From Nannocystis bainbridge (lineage in GTDB: Bacteria; Myxococcota_A; Polyangia; Nannocystales; Nannocystaceae), in NCBI RefSeq assembly GCF_028368995.1, contig NZ_JAQNDL010000002.1:1280001-1344000 (forward strand): a stretch of 64,000 nt of DNA. Direction: 5' to 3'. This document shows positions 11,299-20,522 of the stretch, piece by piece. The notes beneath the pieces are model-generated. The model had not been told where the DNA came from and ran no database searches. It saw only the letters and a program-made list of their open reading frames with translations. The translations under genes and the position numbers were made by a program. Position 1 is the first letter of the stretch, and each line of letters opens with the position of its first letter.

Positions 11299-12819
11299 TC
11301 AGTCGGGCGAGACCGGGAAGTCGCGCACCCGCAGGGCGCGGCCGTCGGACAGCACGAAGCCGACCTGGACGGCGGCGAAGCGGCCGATCTGGCGCAGCTC
11401 GGTGAGCAGCGGGCCGAGGTCGTCGCGGCTCTCGACGGGGATGCCGGCGATCTCGGACACGCGAGCGTTGCGCAGCAGCTCGCGGCCGCGGGAGCGGAAG
11501 ATCGGGGCGTCGGGGCGCAGATCCTTGACGATCGGCTCGCGGCGCGACTCGTCGAGGCGGAGGCCGAGCAGGGCGTCGGCGTCGATGAGGACCTGCTGGT
11601 CGGGCGGGGTGGCGGCGACGGGGATGTTGAACGCGAGGCGGTCCTTGCCGCGCACGACGGTGAGGTTCAGGACCTCGCCGGGGAGCAGGCCGCGCACGGT
11701 GGACACGAAGTAATTGGCGAGCCGCAGCTGGGCCTCGGGGCCGGTGCCGAAGGAGTCGAAGCGCTGGCCCTGGGCCTCGACGATCAGGTCGTCCTTGCGC
11801 AGGCCGGCGGCGTCGGCGGGCCGGCCGGCGAGGACGCGGCTGACGCGGAGGCCGTTCTGGTAGCCGAGCGCGCGGGCCTCGGCGTCGAGCTCGCCGTCGT
11901 GCGGCGCGACCTCGGCCCCGACCTGGCCGGAGCGGGCGCCATGACCGGCGCGCAGGGCCTCGAGCAGGGCCGCGATGTGGTCGATGGGGATGGCGAAGGC
12001 GATGCCCTGGGCGCGCTCGAGGGTGGCGGTGGTGATGCCGACGAGCTGGCCGCGGAGGTTGAAGATCGGGCCGCCGGAGTTGCCGAGGTTGATGGCGGCG
12101 TCGAGCTGCAAAAGCGGGGTCTGGCGGCTGCGCAGGAGGCCGGTGCGGCCGATCGCGGCGACGATGCCCTGCGACACGCTGTGCTCGAGCCCGAGCGGGG
12201 TGCCGACGGCGAACACGGCCTCGCCGACGCGCAGCTCGTGCGAGCGGCCGCGGGTGGCGAAGGCGAACCGCTCGGCGCTGTCGGCCGGCCGCAGGCGCAG
12301 GAGGGCGATGTCGCGGTCGCGGTCGGCGACCAGGAGCTCGGCCGGCAGCTCGCGGCCGTCGACGAAGCGGGCGCGGATCGGCTGCTGGGACACGGCCGAG
12401 GCGTCGGTGATGCCGCCGAGCACGCGCTGCCGCGGGTCGCGGATCTGGCCGGCGACGACGTGGTAGTTGGTGAGGACCAAACCTGTCTCATCGACCAGGA
12501 CGCCAGCGCCGAGAGCGTCGGCGCCGCTGAGGGTGACGACGGCGTCGCGGGTGCGCTCGACGGCCTCGACGAGGCCCGGGCCGCCGTCGCCGCGCGCCTC
12601 GGGGCAGTCGCAGGTGGCCGGGGCGGCGACGGGCGGCAGCGCCGGCACGGGCACGGGCGCGGTGTCGACCGGAGCGGGAGCGCCGGGCGGGGCGGTCTGG
12701 ATGCCGACCAGGACCGCGACCCCGCCGAGCAGCACGCCGAGCACGGCGGCTCCAGCGGCGATCCACAGCGATTCGCCGCGCGCAGGTCGCGGCTCGGGTC
12801 CCGGGGCAGTCGTGGGCAT
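11299..12819 (-). CDS. HtrA/DegP-like serine protease with PDZ domain(s)
   Basis: N-terminal TM, catalytic triad motifs LTNYHVV, DIALL and GNSGGP, and a PDZ-like RVLAGRPADAAGLRKDDLI. Confidence 0.9.
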   Translation of the reverse strand: MPTTAPGPEPRPARGESLWIAAGAAVLGVLLGGVAVLVGIQTAPPGAPAPVDTAPVPVPALPPVAAPATCDCPEARGDGGPGLVEAVERTRDAVVTLSGADALGAGVLVDETGLVLTNYHVVAGQIRDPRQRVLGGITDASAVSQQPIRARFVDGRELPAELLVADRDRDIALLRLRPADSAERFAFATRGRSHELRVGEAVFAVGTPLGLEHSVSQGIVAAIGRTGLLRSRQTPLLQLDAAINLGNSGGPIFNLRGQLVGITTATLERAQGIAFAIPIDHIAALLEALRAGHGARSGQVGAEVAPHDGELDAEARALGYQNGLRVSRVLAGRPADAAGLRKDDLIVEAQGQRFDSFGTGPEAQLRLANYFVSTVRGLLPGEVLNLTVVRGKDRLAFNIPVAATPPDQQVLIDADALLGLRLDESRREPIVKDLRPDAPIFRSRGRELLRNARVSEIAGIPVESRDDLGPLLTELRQIGRFAAVQVGFVLSDGRALRVRDFPVSPD

Positions 12820-13386
12820 CGCCGGGACAACCTAGCGCGTCCTCGCCGCATTCCCAAACGGCCCGTGAAAGCGCGACCGCGAGGTCTGCGGACGCCGTTC
12901 TCGCGGGCTTTGGGGGCGGCGAGGGCCGTGACGAGCGGCGGTCATCGCTGCGCTCGCGGGGGTCGACGGGCGAGCGGCGATGCTGCGACCCCAGAGTCGC
13001 TCGAAGGCGAAGCATGGTCAGTGCGTGGCTCGGCGTGGATGGGTCGAGGCTGGAGGCCGCTCAGGACGGAGCGTGGACGCGATGCGGGAGCGCGAGGCTG
13101 TCGTCGCCGCCCGCAGCCCGTGGGCGACCGCGCACGGACGACGCCGGAGGTCGATCGCGGATGTCCGACGTGGGGATCGTGCTAGCGTGGCGCGATCGGC
13201 GATCGCAGCCGCGACAGGGCGTCGCGGGCGCGGATCTTCGCCCGGCGCCATGTCATGCTCGGGCCGGTGGGCCGATCCGCGCGCCCGCGTGAGAAAATGG
13301 CCGCCCGGCGGGCGGCGGCGGGGTGAGCCGCGCGCGCGTTTCTGGCATCCTCTCGCACCTGCGGCGCCGCGCCGCGCCGCCAGCCA

Positions 13387-14406
13387 ATGACACTTCAGGC
13401 CACGCACGCAGCCCTGCAGTCCTCGCCCGCTATCCCCGGAACGGCGCTCGAGCAGGCCGTCGGCCTCGTCGCCGGTGAGCTCACCGAGGTGGACGCGCGG
13501 CTCGAGCAGCTGCTCCAGTCGTCGATCGCGATCATCCCGGAGCTCGGCGGCAAGCTGGCGTTCGCGGGCGGCAAGCGGTTCCGACCGCTGGTGACCCTGC
13601 TGGCCGCGCGCGCGGCCGGCTTCATCGACCCGGTGCGGATCACGGTCGCGGCCGTCGGCGAGCTGCTGCACACGGCCACCCTGCTTCACGACGATGTCAT
13701 CGACGCCGGCGAATTCCGGCGCGGGCGCCCGACGGCGCGCCTGCAGTACGGCAACGGCATGGCGGTGCTGACCGGCGATTTCTGCCTGGCGCGCGCGATG
13801 CAGGCGATCGCCTACTCGGGCCGGCTGCACGCGGTGCAGACGCTGTCCGACGCGGTCACGCGCATGGCCGAGGGCGAGGTGGCGCAGCTCGAGATCGCCG
13901 GCGATCCGGCGCCCGACAAGGCCCGCTATTACCTCGTCATCGAGCGCAAGACGGCGGCGCTGATCGCCTGGTGCGCGAGCGTCGGCGGGCTGCCGGCGCC
14001 GGAGCGGGCGTCCTCGCTGTACCGCTACGGGCTCGAGATCGGCTACGCGTTCCAGATCGCCGACGACGTGCTCGACTACGCCGGCGACCTCCACGACACC
14101 GGCAAGGCCCGCGGCCAGGACCTGCGCGACGGCAAGCTGACCCTGCCGCTGATCCTCGCGTGCGAGCGCGACCCCGGGCTCGCGCGCGCGGTCCAGCAGC
14201 TGCTCGCCCACGGGCCGCCGGTCGACGCCGCGGCCGCCGAGGCGGTGGTGGCCCGCGTCGCCGACTCGCCCGGCGTCGAGCTGGCGGCCCGCGCCGCCGA
14301 GGCCCACGCCGAGGCCGCGATCGCCCAGCTGGCCGAGCTGCCGTCGTCGGCCGCGCGCGACGCCCTGGTCGAGCTGGCCCGCAGCGTGTCGCGCCGCGTC
14401 AGCTGA
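13387..14406 (+). CDS. ispB: Long-chain trans-polyprenyl diphosphate synthase (IspB/HepT type)
   Basis: GGKRFRP, first aspartate-rich motif LLHDDVID with RRG, second motif FQIADDVLD, and GKLTLP. Confidence 0.88.
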   Translation: MTLQATHAALQSSPAIPGTALEQAVGLVAGELTEVDARLEQLLQSSIAIIPELGGKLAFAGGKRFRPLVTLLAARAAGFIDPVRITVAAVGELLHTATLLHDDVIDAGEFRRGRPTARLQYGNGMAVLTGDFCLARAMQAIAYSGRLHAVQTLSDAVTRMAEGEVAQLEIAGDPAPDKARYYLVIERKTAALIAWCASVGGLPAPERASSLYRYGLEIGYAFQIADDVLDYAGDLHDTGKARGQDLRDGKLTLPLILACERDPGLARAVQQLLAHGPPVDAAAAEAVVARVADSPGVELAARAAEAHAEAAIAQLAELPSSAARDALVELARSVSRRVS

Positions 14407-14428
14407 GCGGGCGGCCGCCGCTCGCGCC

Positions 14429-14526
14429 TGTCGCAAGGAACATGTCGCAAAGAACCTGTTCGCTTCGCCCTGTCGTTTTCGCCCTGTCCCGACGTACCTG
14501 TCCCAAACGACCTGCCCCGAGGACCC
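14429..14526. repeat. Phased array of 6-7 degenerate 14-bp units
   Basis: TGTCGCAAGGAACA TGTCGCAAAGAACC TGTTCGCTTCGCCC TGTCGTTTTCGCCC TGTCCCGACGTACC TGTCCCAAACGACC TGCCCCGAGGACCC. Confidence 0.8.
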
Positions 14527-14527
14527 G

Positions 14528-15301
14528 ATGACCCAGCCCGCCCCGCTCGCCGAGACCGTCGCCACCCTCGACGCCCACGGGGCCCGCGTGCAGGGGATGT
14601 TCTCCGACATCGCCCGCGGCTACGACCGGGCCAACCGGTGGATGAGCCTCGGCATCGACGTGCTGTGGCGCCGACGCGCGGTCGCCGAGGTGTTGCCCGA
14701 AGAGGCAGGTACGGGCAGCGACGGGGCGCGGCCGCGGATCCTCGACCTGTGCGCCGGCACGCTCGACTCGACGCTCGAGCTGCACCGCCGCTACCCGCAG
14801 GCGGACATCGTCGGCGGCGACTTCTCGGCCGGGATGCTGGCCGTCGGCGAGGCCAAGCTGCAGGGGGAGGCGCGGGCCCGGATCGTCGCCGAGCAGATGG
14901 ACGCGCACGCGCTGCCGGGGCCCGACGCGAGCTTCGACGCGGTGTTCTGCGCGTTCGGGGCCCGCAACCTCAGCGACCTCGAGGCGGCCACGCGCGAGCA
15001 GCTGCGGGTGCTGCGGCCCGGCGGGCGGCTGACGGTGCTCGAGTTCTTCCGCCCGCGCGGGCTGTTCTCGCGCACGTTCCACGCCTGCTACAACCGCACG
15101 GTGCTGCCGGTGGTCGGCTGGGCCGCGACGGGCAACCTGGGGGCGTACCTCTACCTGCCGCGCAGCATCGGCGCGTTCGTGTCGATCGAGGACTACGCGG
15201 CGCTGCTGGAGCGGGTCGGCCTGCGGGTGATCGGCCAGGAGCGCCTGTTCGGCGGGGTGGCCGGGATCGTGCGCGCCGAGCGACCGCGAGGTGAGGCATG
15301 A
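14528..15301 (+). CDS. ubiE: Demethylmenaquinone methyltransferase UbiE/MenG
   Basis: MFSDIARGYDRANRWMSLG, LDLCAGT, FGARN, RVLRPGG and YLYLPRSI motifs. Confidence 0.9.
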   Translation: MTQPAPLAETVATLDAHGARVQGMFSDIARGYDRANRWMSLGIDVLWRRRAVAEVLPEEAGTGSDGARPRILDLCAGTLDSTLELHRRYPQADIVGGDFSAGMLAVGEAKLQGEARARIVAEQMDAHALPGPDASFDAVFCAFGARNLSDLEAATREQLRVLRPGGRLTVLEFFRPRGLFSRTFHACYNRTVLPVVGWAATGNLGAYLYLPRSIGAFVSIEDYAALLERVGLRVIGQERLFGGVAGIVRAERPRGEA

Positions 15302-15464
15302 AGCCGGCCTCGGAGGCGCTCGCGGGGCGCGAGGGCGCGGCCTGCGGTTCGGTCGCGGGGATTCGCGAGGACGCGAGGGGCACGGCCGTGAGGGCCGCGT
15401 CGGGTTCGCGCGTGCGTGGGCTTGGGTGCGAGCGCGCCGGTTCGGCGCACGTGCGAGGTGACGC

Positions 15465-16307
15465 GTGAAGCTGGTCGTGATCGTGACGGGGGCGAGCGGG
15501 GCGATCTATGCCCGCCGGGCGCTGCATGTCCTCGCGGACCTGTGCGCAGGGACAGGGTCGAACGAACCGGCGTACCCGGGCCTCGAGGTCGACTGGGTGG
15601 CGTCGGCGACGGCGCCGCAGGTGTGGCTGACCGAGCTCGGTGAGCCGATGCCGCTCGAGATCTCGGCCCACGTGCCGACGGTGACGGCGGGCGAGCCGGA
15701 CGAGCCGGACGAGCCCGAGGTCCCGCCAGCGCTGCCGAGCGCGACGGCGGCGCGGCGCGAGCCGGGGACGTCGCGGGCGGGGCCGCCGACCGAGTTCTTC
15801 GGCTCGAACGTGTTCGGGCGCATGAGCCAGGCGGTGACCCCGTCGGCCACGCCGACGCTGAAGGGGTCGGCGCGGGAGCCGGGGCCGGCGTCCGAGTCGG
15901 CGCCGAGCCGCGTGCGCCGGTGGGACCGCCAGGACTTCTCGGCCCCGTTCGCGTCGGGCAGCAACGCGCCCGACGCGGTGCTGGTGATGCCGTGCTCGAT
16001 GAGCGCGCTCAGCCGGGTAGCCCACGGCGGCGGCGACGACCTGGCGGCTCGCGCCTGCGAGGTCGCGCTCAAGGAGCGGCGGCGGTTGGTGCTGGTGGTC
16101 CGCGAGACGCCGCTCAGCCTGGTCCATCTGCGCAACATGGTGGCCGCGACCGAGGCCGGGGCGATCATCCTGCCGGCGGTGCCGTCGTTCTATGGGGCCG
16201 TGCGCACGCTCGAGGACGCGGTCGACACCGTGGTCGCGCGCGCGCTCGATCACGTCGGGCTGCGCGTGCCGCTGACCCGCCGCTGGGGCGATCCGGAGAG
16301 CGCATGA
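15465..16307 (+). CDS. ubiX: Flavin prenyltransferase UbiX with a long internal insertion
   Basis: TGASGA, APFASGS, MPCSM, LKERRRLVLVVRETP and PSFY motifs. Confidence 0.9.
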   Translation: MKLVVIVTGASGAIYARRALHVLADLCAGTGSNEPAYPGLEVDWVASATAPQVWLTELGEPMPLEISAHVPTVTAGEPDEPDEPEVPPALPSATAARREPGTSRAGPPTEFFGSNVFGRMSQAVTPSATPTLKGSAREPGPASESAPSRVRRWDRQDFSAPFASGSNAPDAVLVMPCSMSALSRVAHGGGDDLAARACEVALKERRRLVLVVRETPLSLVHLRNMVAATEAGAIILPAVPSFYGAVRTLEDAVDTVVARALDHVGLRVPLTRRWGDPESA

Positions 16308-17020
16308 CGCCCGCCGAGCTGGCGCGCCTGTTCGACCAGCCGGCCGAGGCCGGGGCCCGCGCGCAGGCGGCCCGCGCGAGCCATTTCGGGCGCCGGGTCC
16401 AGGTCCGCGGGACGCCGCCGCACCCGCCGCCGACCGTGGCGGCGCTGCTGCGCGGGGCGGGCCCGGTGGTGGTCGATCTTCCGGGCTGGTCTCAAGAGCA
16501 TGTCGCAAGGGCCATGGCCGATGCGACAGGGCGCTCGGGACATGCCGAATCGGACATGTCCTCGGGGACATGTGCGAGCGCCGCTCCCGGGTGGCCGGAG
16601 CCGGCGGCGCTGCGGGCCGGCGACCGCGTGGTGCTGCAGGTCGATCGGGCGCGGCTGGGCGACTACTTCGAATACCTGGTGCGCCTGGCCGCCGCGGCGC
16701 CGGAGGGGCTGTCGGTGGCGCCGTACTGCGCGCTGGCGGGCGGGCTGATGCGCCTGCACCTGATCGCGGCGGCGCGCGTGGCCCTGCCGGGGCGGGTGCG
16801 CGTCGAGGCGCGCCACGACTTGCTCGGCATCCGCCTGGCCCAGGTCGCGCTCGGGTTCGGCGCCGACACGCTGGCCGGCCCGCTGGCGCAGACCCGCAAG
16901 CTGCCGCTGGCCGGCGTGCCGCGGCCGGACGAGGCGACCCCCGCCGGTCTGGCGGCGCTGATCGAGCGGGCCGGGCTCGAACCTGTCCTTGACGACATGA
17001 CCTCGGAGACATTGCCATGA
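16304..17020 (+). CDS. Degenerate MqnE/MqnC(CofH)-like protein lacking the radical SAM cysteine motif
   Basis: The C-terminus LGIRLAQVALGFGADTLAG...LAALIERAG aligns by eye with neighbouring MqnE IGVKTAQIALSFGVDDLDG...LVRLIREAG. ATGA overlaps with both neighbours. Confidence 0.7.
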   Translation: MTPAELARLFDQPAEAGARAQAARASHFGRRVQVRGTPPHPPPTVAALLRGAGPVVVDLPGWSQEHVARAMADATGRSGHAESDMSSGTCASAAPGWPEPAALRAGDRVVLQVDRARLGDYFEYLVRLAAAAPEGLSVAPYCALAGGLMRLHLIAAARVALPGRVRVEARHDLLGIRLAQVALGFGADTLAGPLAQTRKLPLAGVPRPDEATPAGLAALIERAGLEPVLDDMTSETLP

Positions 17021-18258
17021 GCGAACCGTCCGCCCGTCCGTCCGCCGCCGACCACGCCCCCGAAGCCGCCGCGCCGGCGGTCCACACCGGCGATCGCGGC
17101 TTCGCCGAGATCGCGGCCAAGGTGCGCGCCGGGGTCCCGCTCGACCGCGCGGACGGGCTGGTGCTGTACCGTCACCGCGATCTGCTGGCCCTCGGGGCGC
17201 TGGCCAACGAGGTCCGCGAGCGCCTGCACGGCGACCGCACGTACTTCAACGTCAACCTGCACATCAACCCGACCAACGTGTGCGAGGCGGACTGCAAGTT
17301 CTGCTCGTTCGCGCGGCTGACCCCGGACAGCCCGCAGGCGTACACGATGACGGTCGAGCAGGTGCGGCAGAAGCTGATCGAGCGGGCGCACCAGCCGATC
17401 ACGGAGGTGCACGTGGTCAACGGGCTGCACCCGGGGGTGCCGTTCTCGTACTACACGGACATCCTGCGCGGGCTCAAGGATCTGCGCCCGGACGTGCACC
17501 TGAAGGCGTACACGGCGGTCGAGATCCACTACTTCGCCGAGAAGTACGGGATGACCTACGAGGCGGTGCTGCGGGCGCTGATCGAGGCGGGCCTCGGCAG
17601 CATGCCGGGCGGCGGGGCCGAGATCTTCGCCGACCGCGTGCGTCGCAAGATCTGCCGCGACAAGGCCGACGCGCAGCAGTGGCTCGAGGTCCATCGCACG
17701 GCCCATCGCCTGGGGCTGCGCACCAACTGCACGATGCTGTACGGCACGGTCGAGACGCTCGAGGAGCGGGTCGAGCACATGCTGGCGCTGCGCGAGCTGC
17801 AGGCCGAGACCGGCGGGTTCCAGACGTTCATCCCGCTGGCGTTCCACAACGAGCACAACGACTTCCGCAAGCTGCCGGAGCCGACCGGGGTCGACGATCT
17901 GCGCACGTACGCGGTCGGCCGCCTGATGCTCGACAACATCCCGCACATCAAGGCGTACTGGGTGATGATCGGGGTGAAGACGGCCCAGATCGCGCTCAGC
18001 TTCGGGGTCGACGACCTCGACGGGACGGTGCAGGAAGAGAAAATTTATCACATGGCGGGGGCCGACACGCCGATGGCGCTGGCCCGCGCAGATCTGGTTC
18101 GACTCATCCGCGAGGCAGGTCGCACGGCCGTGGAGCGCGACACGCTGTACGGGGTGCGCTGGGTCGACGACGGGGCGCCGCTGCCGGAGATCCGGATGGA
18201 CGCGAGCGTGCCGTTCTCGGGCCACGCGGGTCGCGTGCAGCTGCCCGTGGTGAGCTGA
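17017..18258 (+). CDS. mqnE: Aminofutalosine synthase (radical SAM)
   Basis: HINPTNVCEADCKFCSF, HLKAYTAVEI, MPGGGAEIF, FIPLAFH, HIKAYW and EKIYHMAG motifs. Confidence 0.92.
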   Translation: MSEPSARPSAADHAPEAAAPAVHTGDRGFAEIAAKVRAGVPLDRADGLVLYRHRDLLALGALANEVRERLHGDRTYFNVNLHINPTNVCEADCKFCSFARLTPDSPQAYTMTVEQVRQKLIERAHQPITEVHVVNGLHPGVPFSYYTDILRGLKDLRPDVHLKAYTAVEIHYFAEKYGMTYEAVLRALIEAGLGSMPGGGAEIFADRVRRKICRDKADAQQWLEVHRTAHRLGLRTNCTMLYGTVETLEERVEHMLALRELQAETGGFQTFIPLAFHNEHNDFRKLPEPTGVDDLRTYAVGRLMLDNIPHIKAYWVMIGVKTAQIALSFGVDDLDGTVQEEKIYHMAGADTPMALARADLVRLIREAGRTAVERDTLYGVRWVDDGAPLPEIRMDASVPFSGHAGRVQLPVVS

Positions 18259-19111
18259 GCGGCGAGCGGCCGAGTGGGGGCGGCGCTTGCGGCCGCTGGT
18301 CGCTGTCGTTCGTGGCACGGGCGGGCGCGGGGAGCAGCAAGCAGAGCAGCTCGGGTGGCGAGAGAGCGCGGGCCTCGGCGCGGGTGACTCGCAAGGGGGT
18401 CGTGCGCTGATGCCTGTACGCGCTCGGCGGACAGCCAGCGCCAGGCCGCGGTCCGCGAGAAATACCGGAACCGGGAGGAGCGAAGCGTCGCGCACCTTGC
18501 TGGTTCCGCAGAGCCTCATGTGGGTGGCGGCGAGCGAGGTACCGGACTCGGCCGAACGTGGAATTTGGGGAGAGGCGGACCCTGCCGTCACTGGACGATG
18601 GGCGAGCACCCGAAAAGATGACGGGGCGAATGCGGGGAGTCGCGGGATTGCTGCGATTCCTCGGATTGCGGGCATACGCCTGCATCCACCGCCATGGGGC
18701 GCAAAAGCCGGCGCGGGCAGGTCCGAATCGATTCTCGGCGGTCGTGGCGATTCGGGGTCGGTGGAGAAAAAAATGTCGGGTCCACGATGAATCGGCGCGA
18801 TAGTCGCGCCTTTCAAGACATTCATCGTAGCGTCGCGGGTGACGCGCTGGGGGCGTAGAGCAGGGTTCTGAGCCGCTTTTTGGCGGCAGAGCCCGATTCA
18901 GAGGTGTCGCGCTCGTTACGATTGCGACGATTCGTGGCAGCGGCGCGGCGTTCTCATCGCTTCGAATTCTTTCTTCCGTGAAGGAATGCTGTTCCAGAGC
19001 CTCCGGTACGGCGTTTTGCGGCCGGACGACGGGAACCGGTCGCTGCGCGCGCCGCGCGGTTCGCCGCCCGGCGCGATGCCCGAATCCTCGCATTCCCACG
19101 GAGAATCATCG

Positions 19112-20512
19112 ATGTCATCAACCTCGAGGCGGCCGGTTCCGGCGCGCAATCAGGTGACCGCGCGGCTGCAATCGTTGCTCGGCCGCTCCATGCCCGAGGC
19201 CGGACGCGGACGGCCGGGACCTATCGATCCGCTGCTCAAGCTGGCCATCGTCTGCGCGCTCGCGGGCCTCATCGCTGTGCCGCTCCACTACGGGCTGTCG
19301 CCGTTCCTGGTCGAGTTCGACGAGCTGGTGGCGCTGCCGGGGCTGCGGGCGGTGATCGTCACCAGCGCGGCGCTGCTGCTCGGGCACGCGGCGCTGACGT
19401 TGATGTTCTCGCTGCTGTACCGGCCGACGCCGGCGGCCCGCGGGGAGCTGCCGCGCTGCACGGTGGTGGTGCCGGCGTACAACGAGGGGCCGATGGTGGG
19501 GGTCGCGCTGGGATCGATCCTGGTCGGCGACTATCCGCGCGACCGGCTCGAGATCCTGGCGATCGACGACGGCTCGACCGACGACACCTGGCTGCACATC
19601 CAGCGGATCGCGCGTGAACACCCGGACGTGGTGCGGGCGATCAAGATGCCGAAGAACGGCGGCAAGCGGGAGGCGCTGCGGGCCGGGTTCGCGGCGGCGA
19701 CCGGCGAGATCGTCGTCTCCGTCGACTCCGACTCGCGGCTCGATCCGGACGCGCTGCGCAACATCGTCGCGCCGCTGATGGCCGATCCGCGGGTCGCCGC
19801 GGTGGCCGGCAAGGTGCTGGTGCTGAACCGCTACAGCGGGCTGCTGACCCGCTTGCTGGCGATCCGCTTCTTCCTGGCGTTCGACCTCGGGCGGGCGGCG
19901 CAGTCGCGGTTCGGCGCGGTGCTGTGCTGCCCGGGGGCGCTCACGGCGTACCGGCGGTCGGCGGTGCTGGCGGTGCTCGACCGCTGGTCCACGCAGACGT
20001 TCCTCGGCGAGCCGTGCACGATCGGCGAGGACCGGGCGCTGACGACCTGGCTTTTGCGCACCGGCCATCGCGCGGTGTACCAGTCGACGGCGGTGGTCCA
20101 CACGCTGGTGCCGACGCACTACGCCGGGCTGGCGCGCATGTACCTGCGGTGGGAGCGAGGCAACCTGCGCGAGGGCCTGACGCTGCTGCCGGTGCTGGCG
20201 ACCCGCTGGCGCCGCGAGGATCGCTGGTGGCCGACGATCGACATCCTGCTCGAGCTCGGGCAGGTGCCGCTGGCGTGCGTGGCGGTGGTGCTGACGGTGA
20301 CGCACTTGCTGGCGGCGCCGCTCGACATCCTGCGGCTGGTGGCGACGATCGCCGTGTTCGCGCTGGTGCAGTCGCTGTGCACGCTGCGATCGGAGCGCAG
20401 CACGGATTTCCTCTACGGGGTGGGTTACGCGTTCTTCGCGTTCCTGTGCCTGCAGTGGATCTACCCGTGGTCGCTGGTCACCGTGCGCAACGGCCGGTGG
20501 ATGACGCGGTGA
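19112..20512 (+). CDS. Processive GT2, hyaluronan synthase/NodC-like (start uncertain)
   Basis: PAYNE, DDGSTD, GGKREA, VDSDS, RAAQS, CCPGALTAYR, GEDRALT, LRW and C-terminal WMTR, with TM segments at both ends. Confidence 0.85.
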   Translation: MSSTSRRPVPARNQVTARLQSLLGRSMPEAGRGRPGPIDPLLKLAIVCALAGLIAVPLHYGLSPFLVEFDELVALPGLRAVIVTSAALLLGHAALTLMFSLLYRPTPAARGELPRCTVVVPAYNEGPMVGVALGSILVGDYPRDRLEILAIDDGSTDDTWLHIQRIAREHPDVVRAIKMPKNGGKREALRAGFAAATGEIVVSVDSDSRLDPDALRNIVAPLMADPRVAAVAGKVLVLNRYSGLLTRLLAIRFFLAFDLGRAAQSRFGAVLCCPGALTAYRRSAVLAVLDRWSTQTFLGEPCTIGEDRALTTWLLRTGHRAVYQSTAVVHTLVPTHYAGLARMYLRWERGNLREGLTLLPVLATRWRREDRWWPTIDILLELGQVPLACVAVVLTVTHLLAAPLDILRLVATIAVFALVQSLCTLRSERSTDFLYGVGYAFFAFLCLQWIYPWSLVTVRNGRWMTR

Positions 20513-20522
20513 CGGGGGCGCC

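Noticed and set aside
18668-18735. c-di-GMP-I riboswitch (GGGGCGCAAAAGCC)
   Set aside because: The GGCAAAC segment and GNRA-capped P2 hairpin are absent, and the match is too short.
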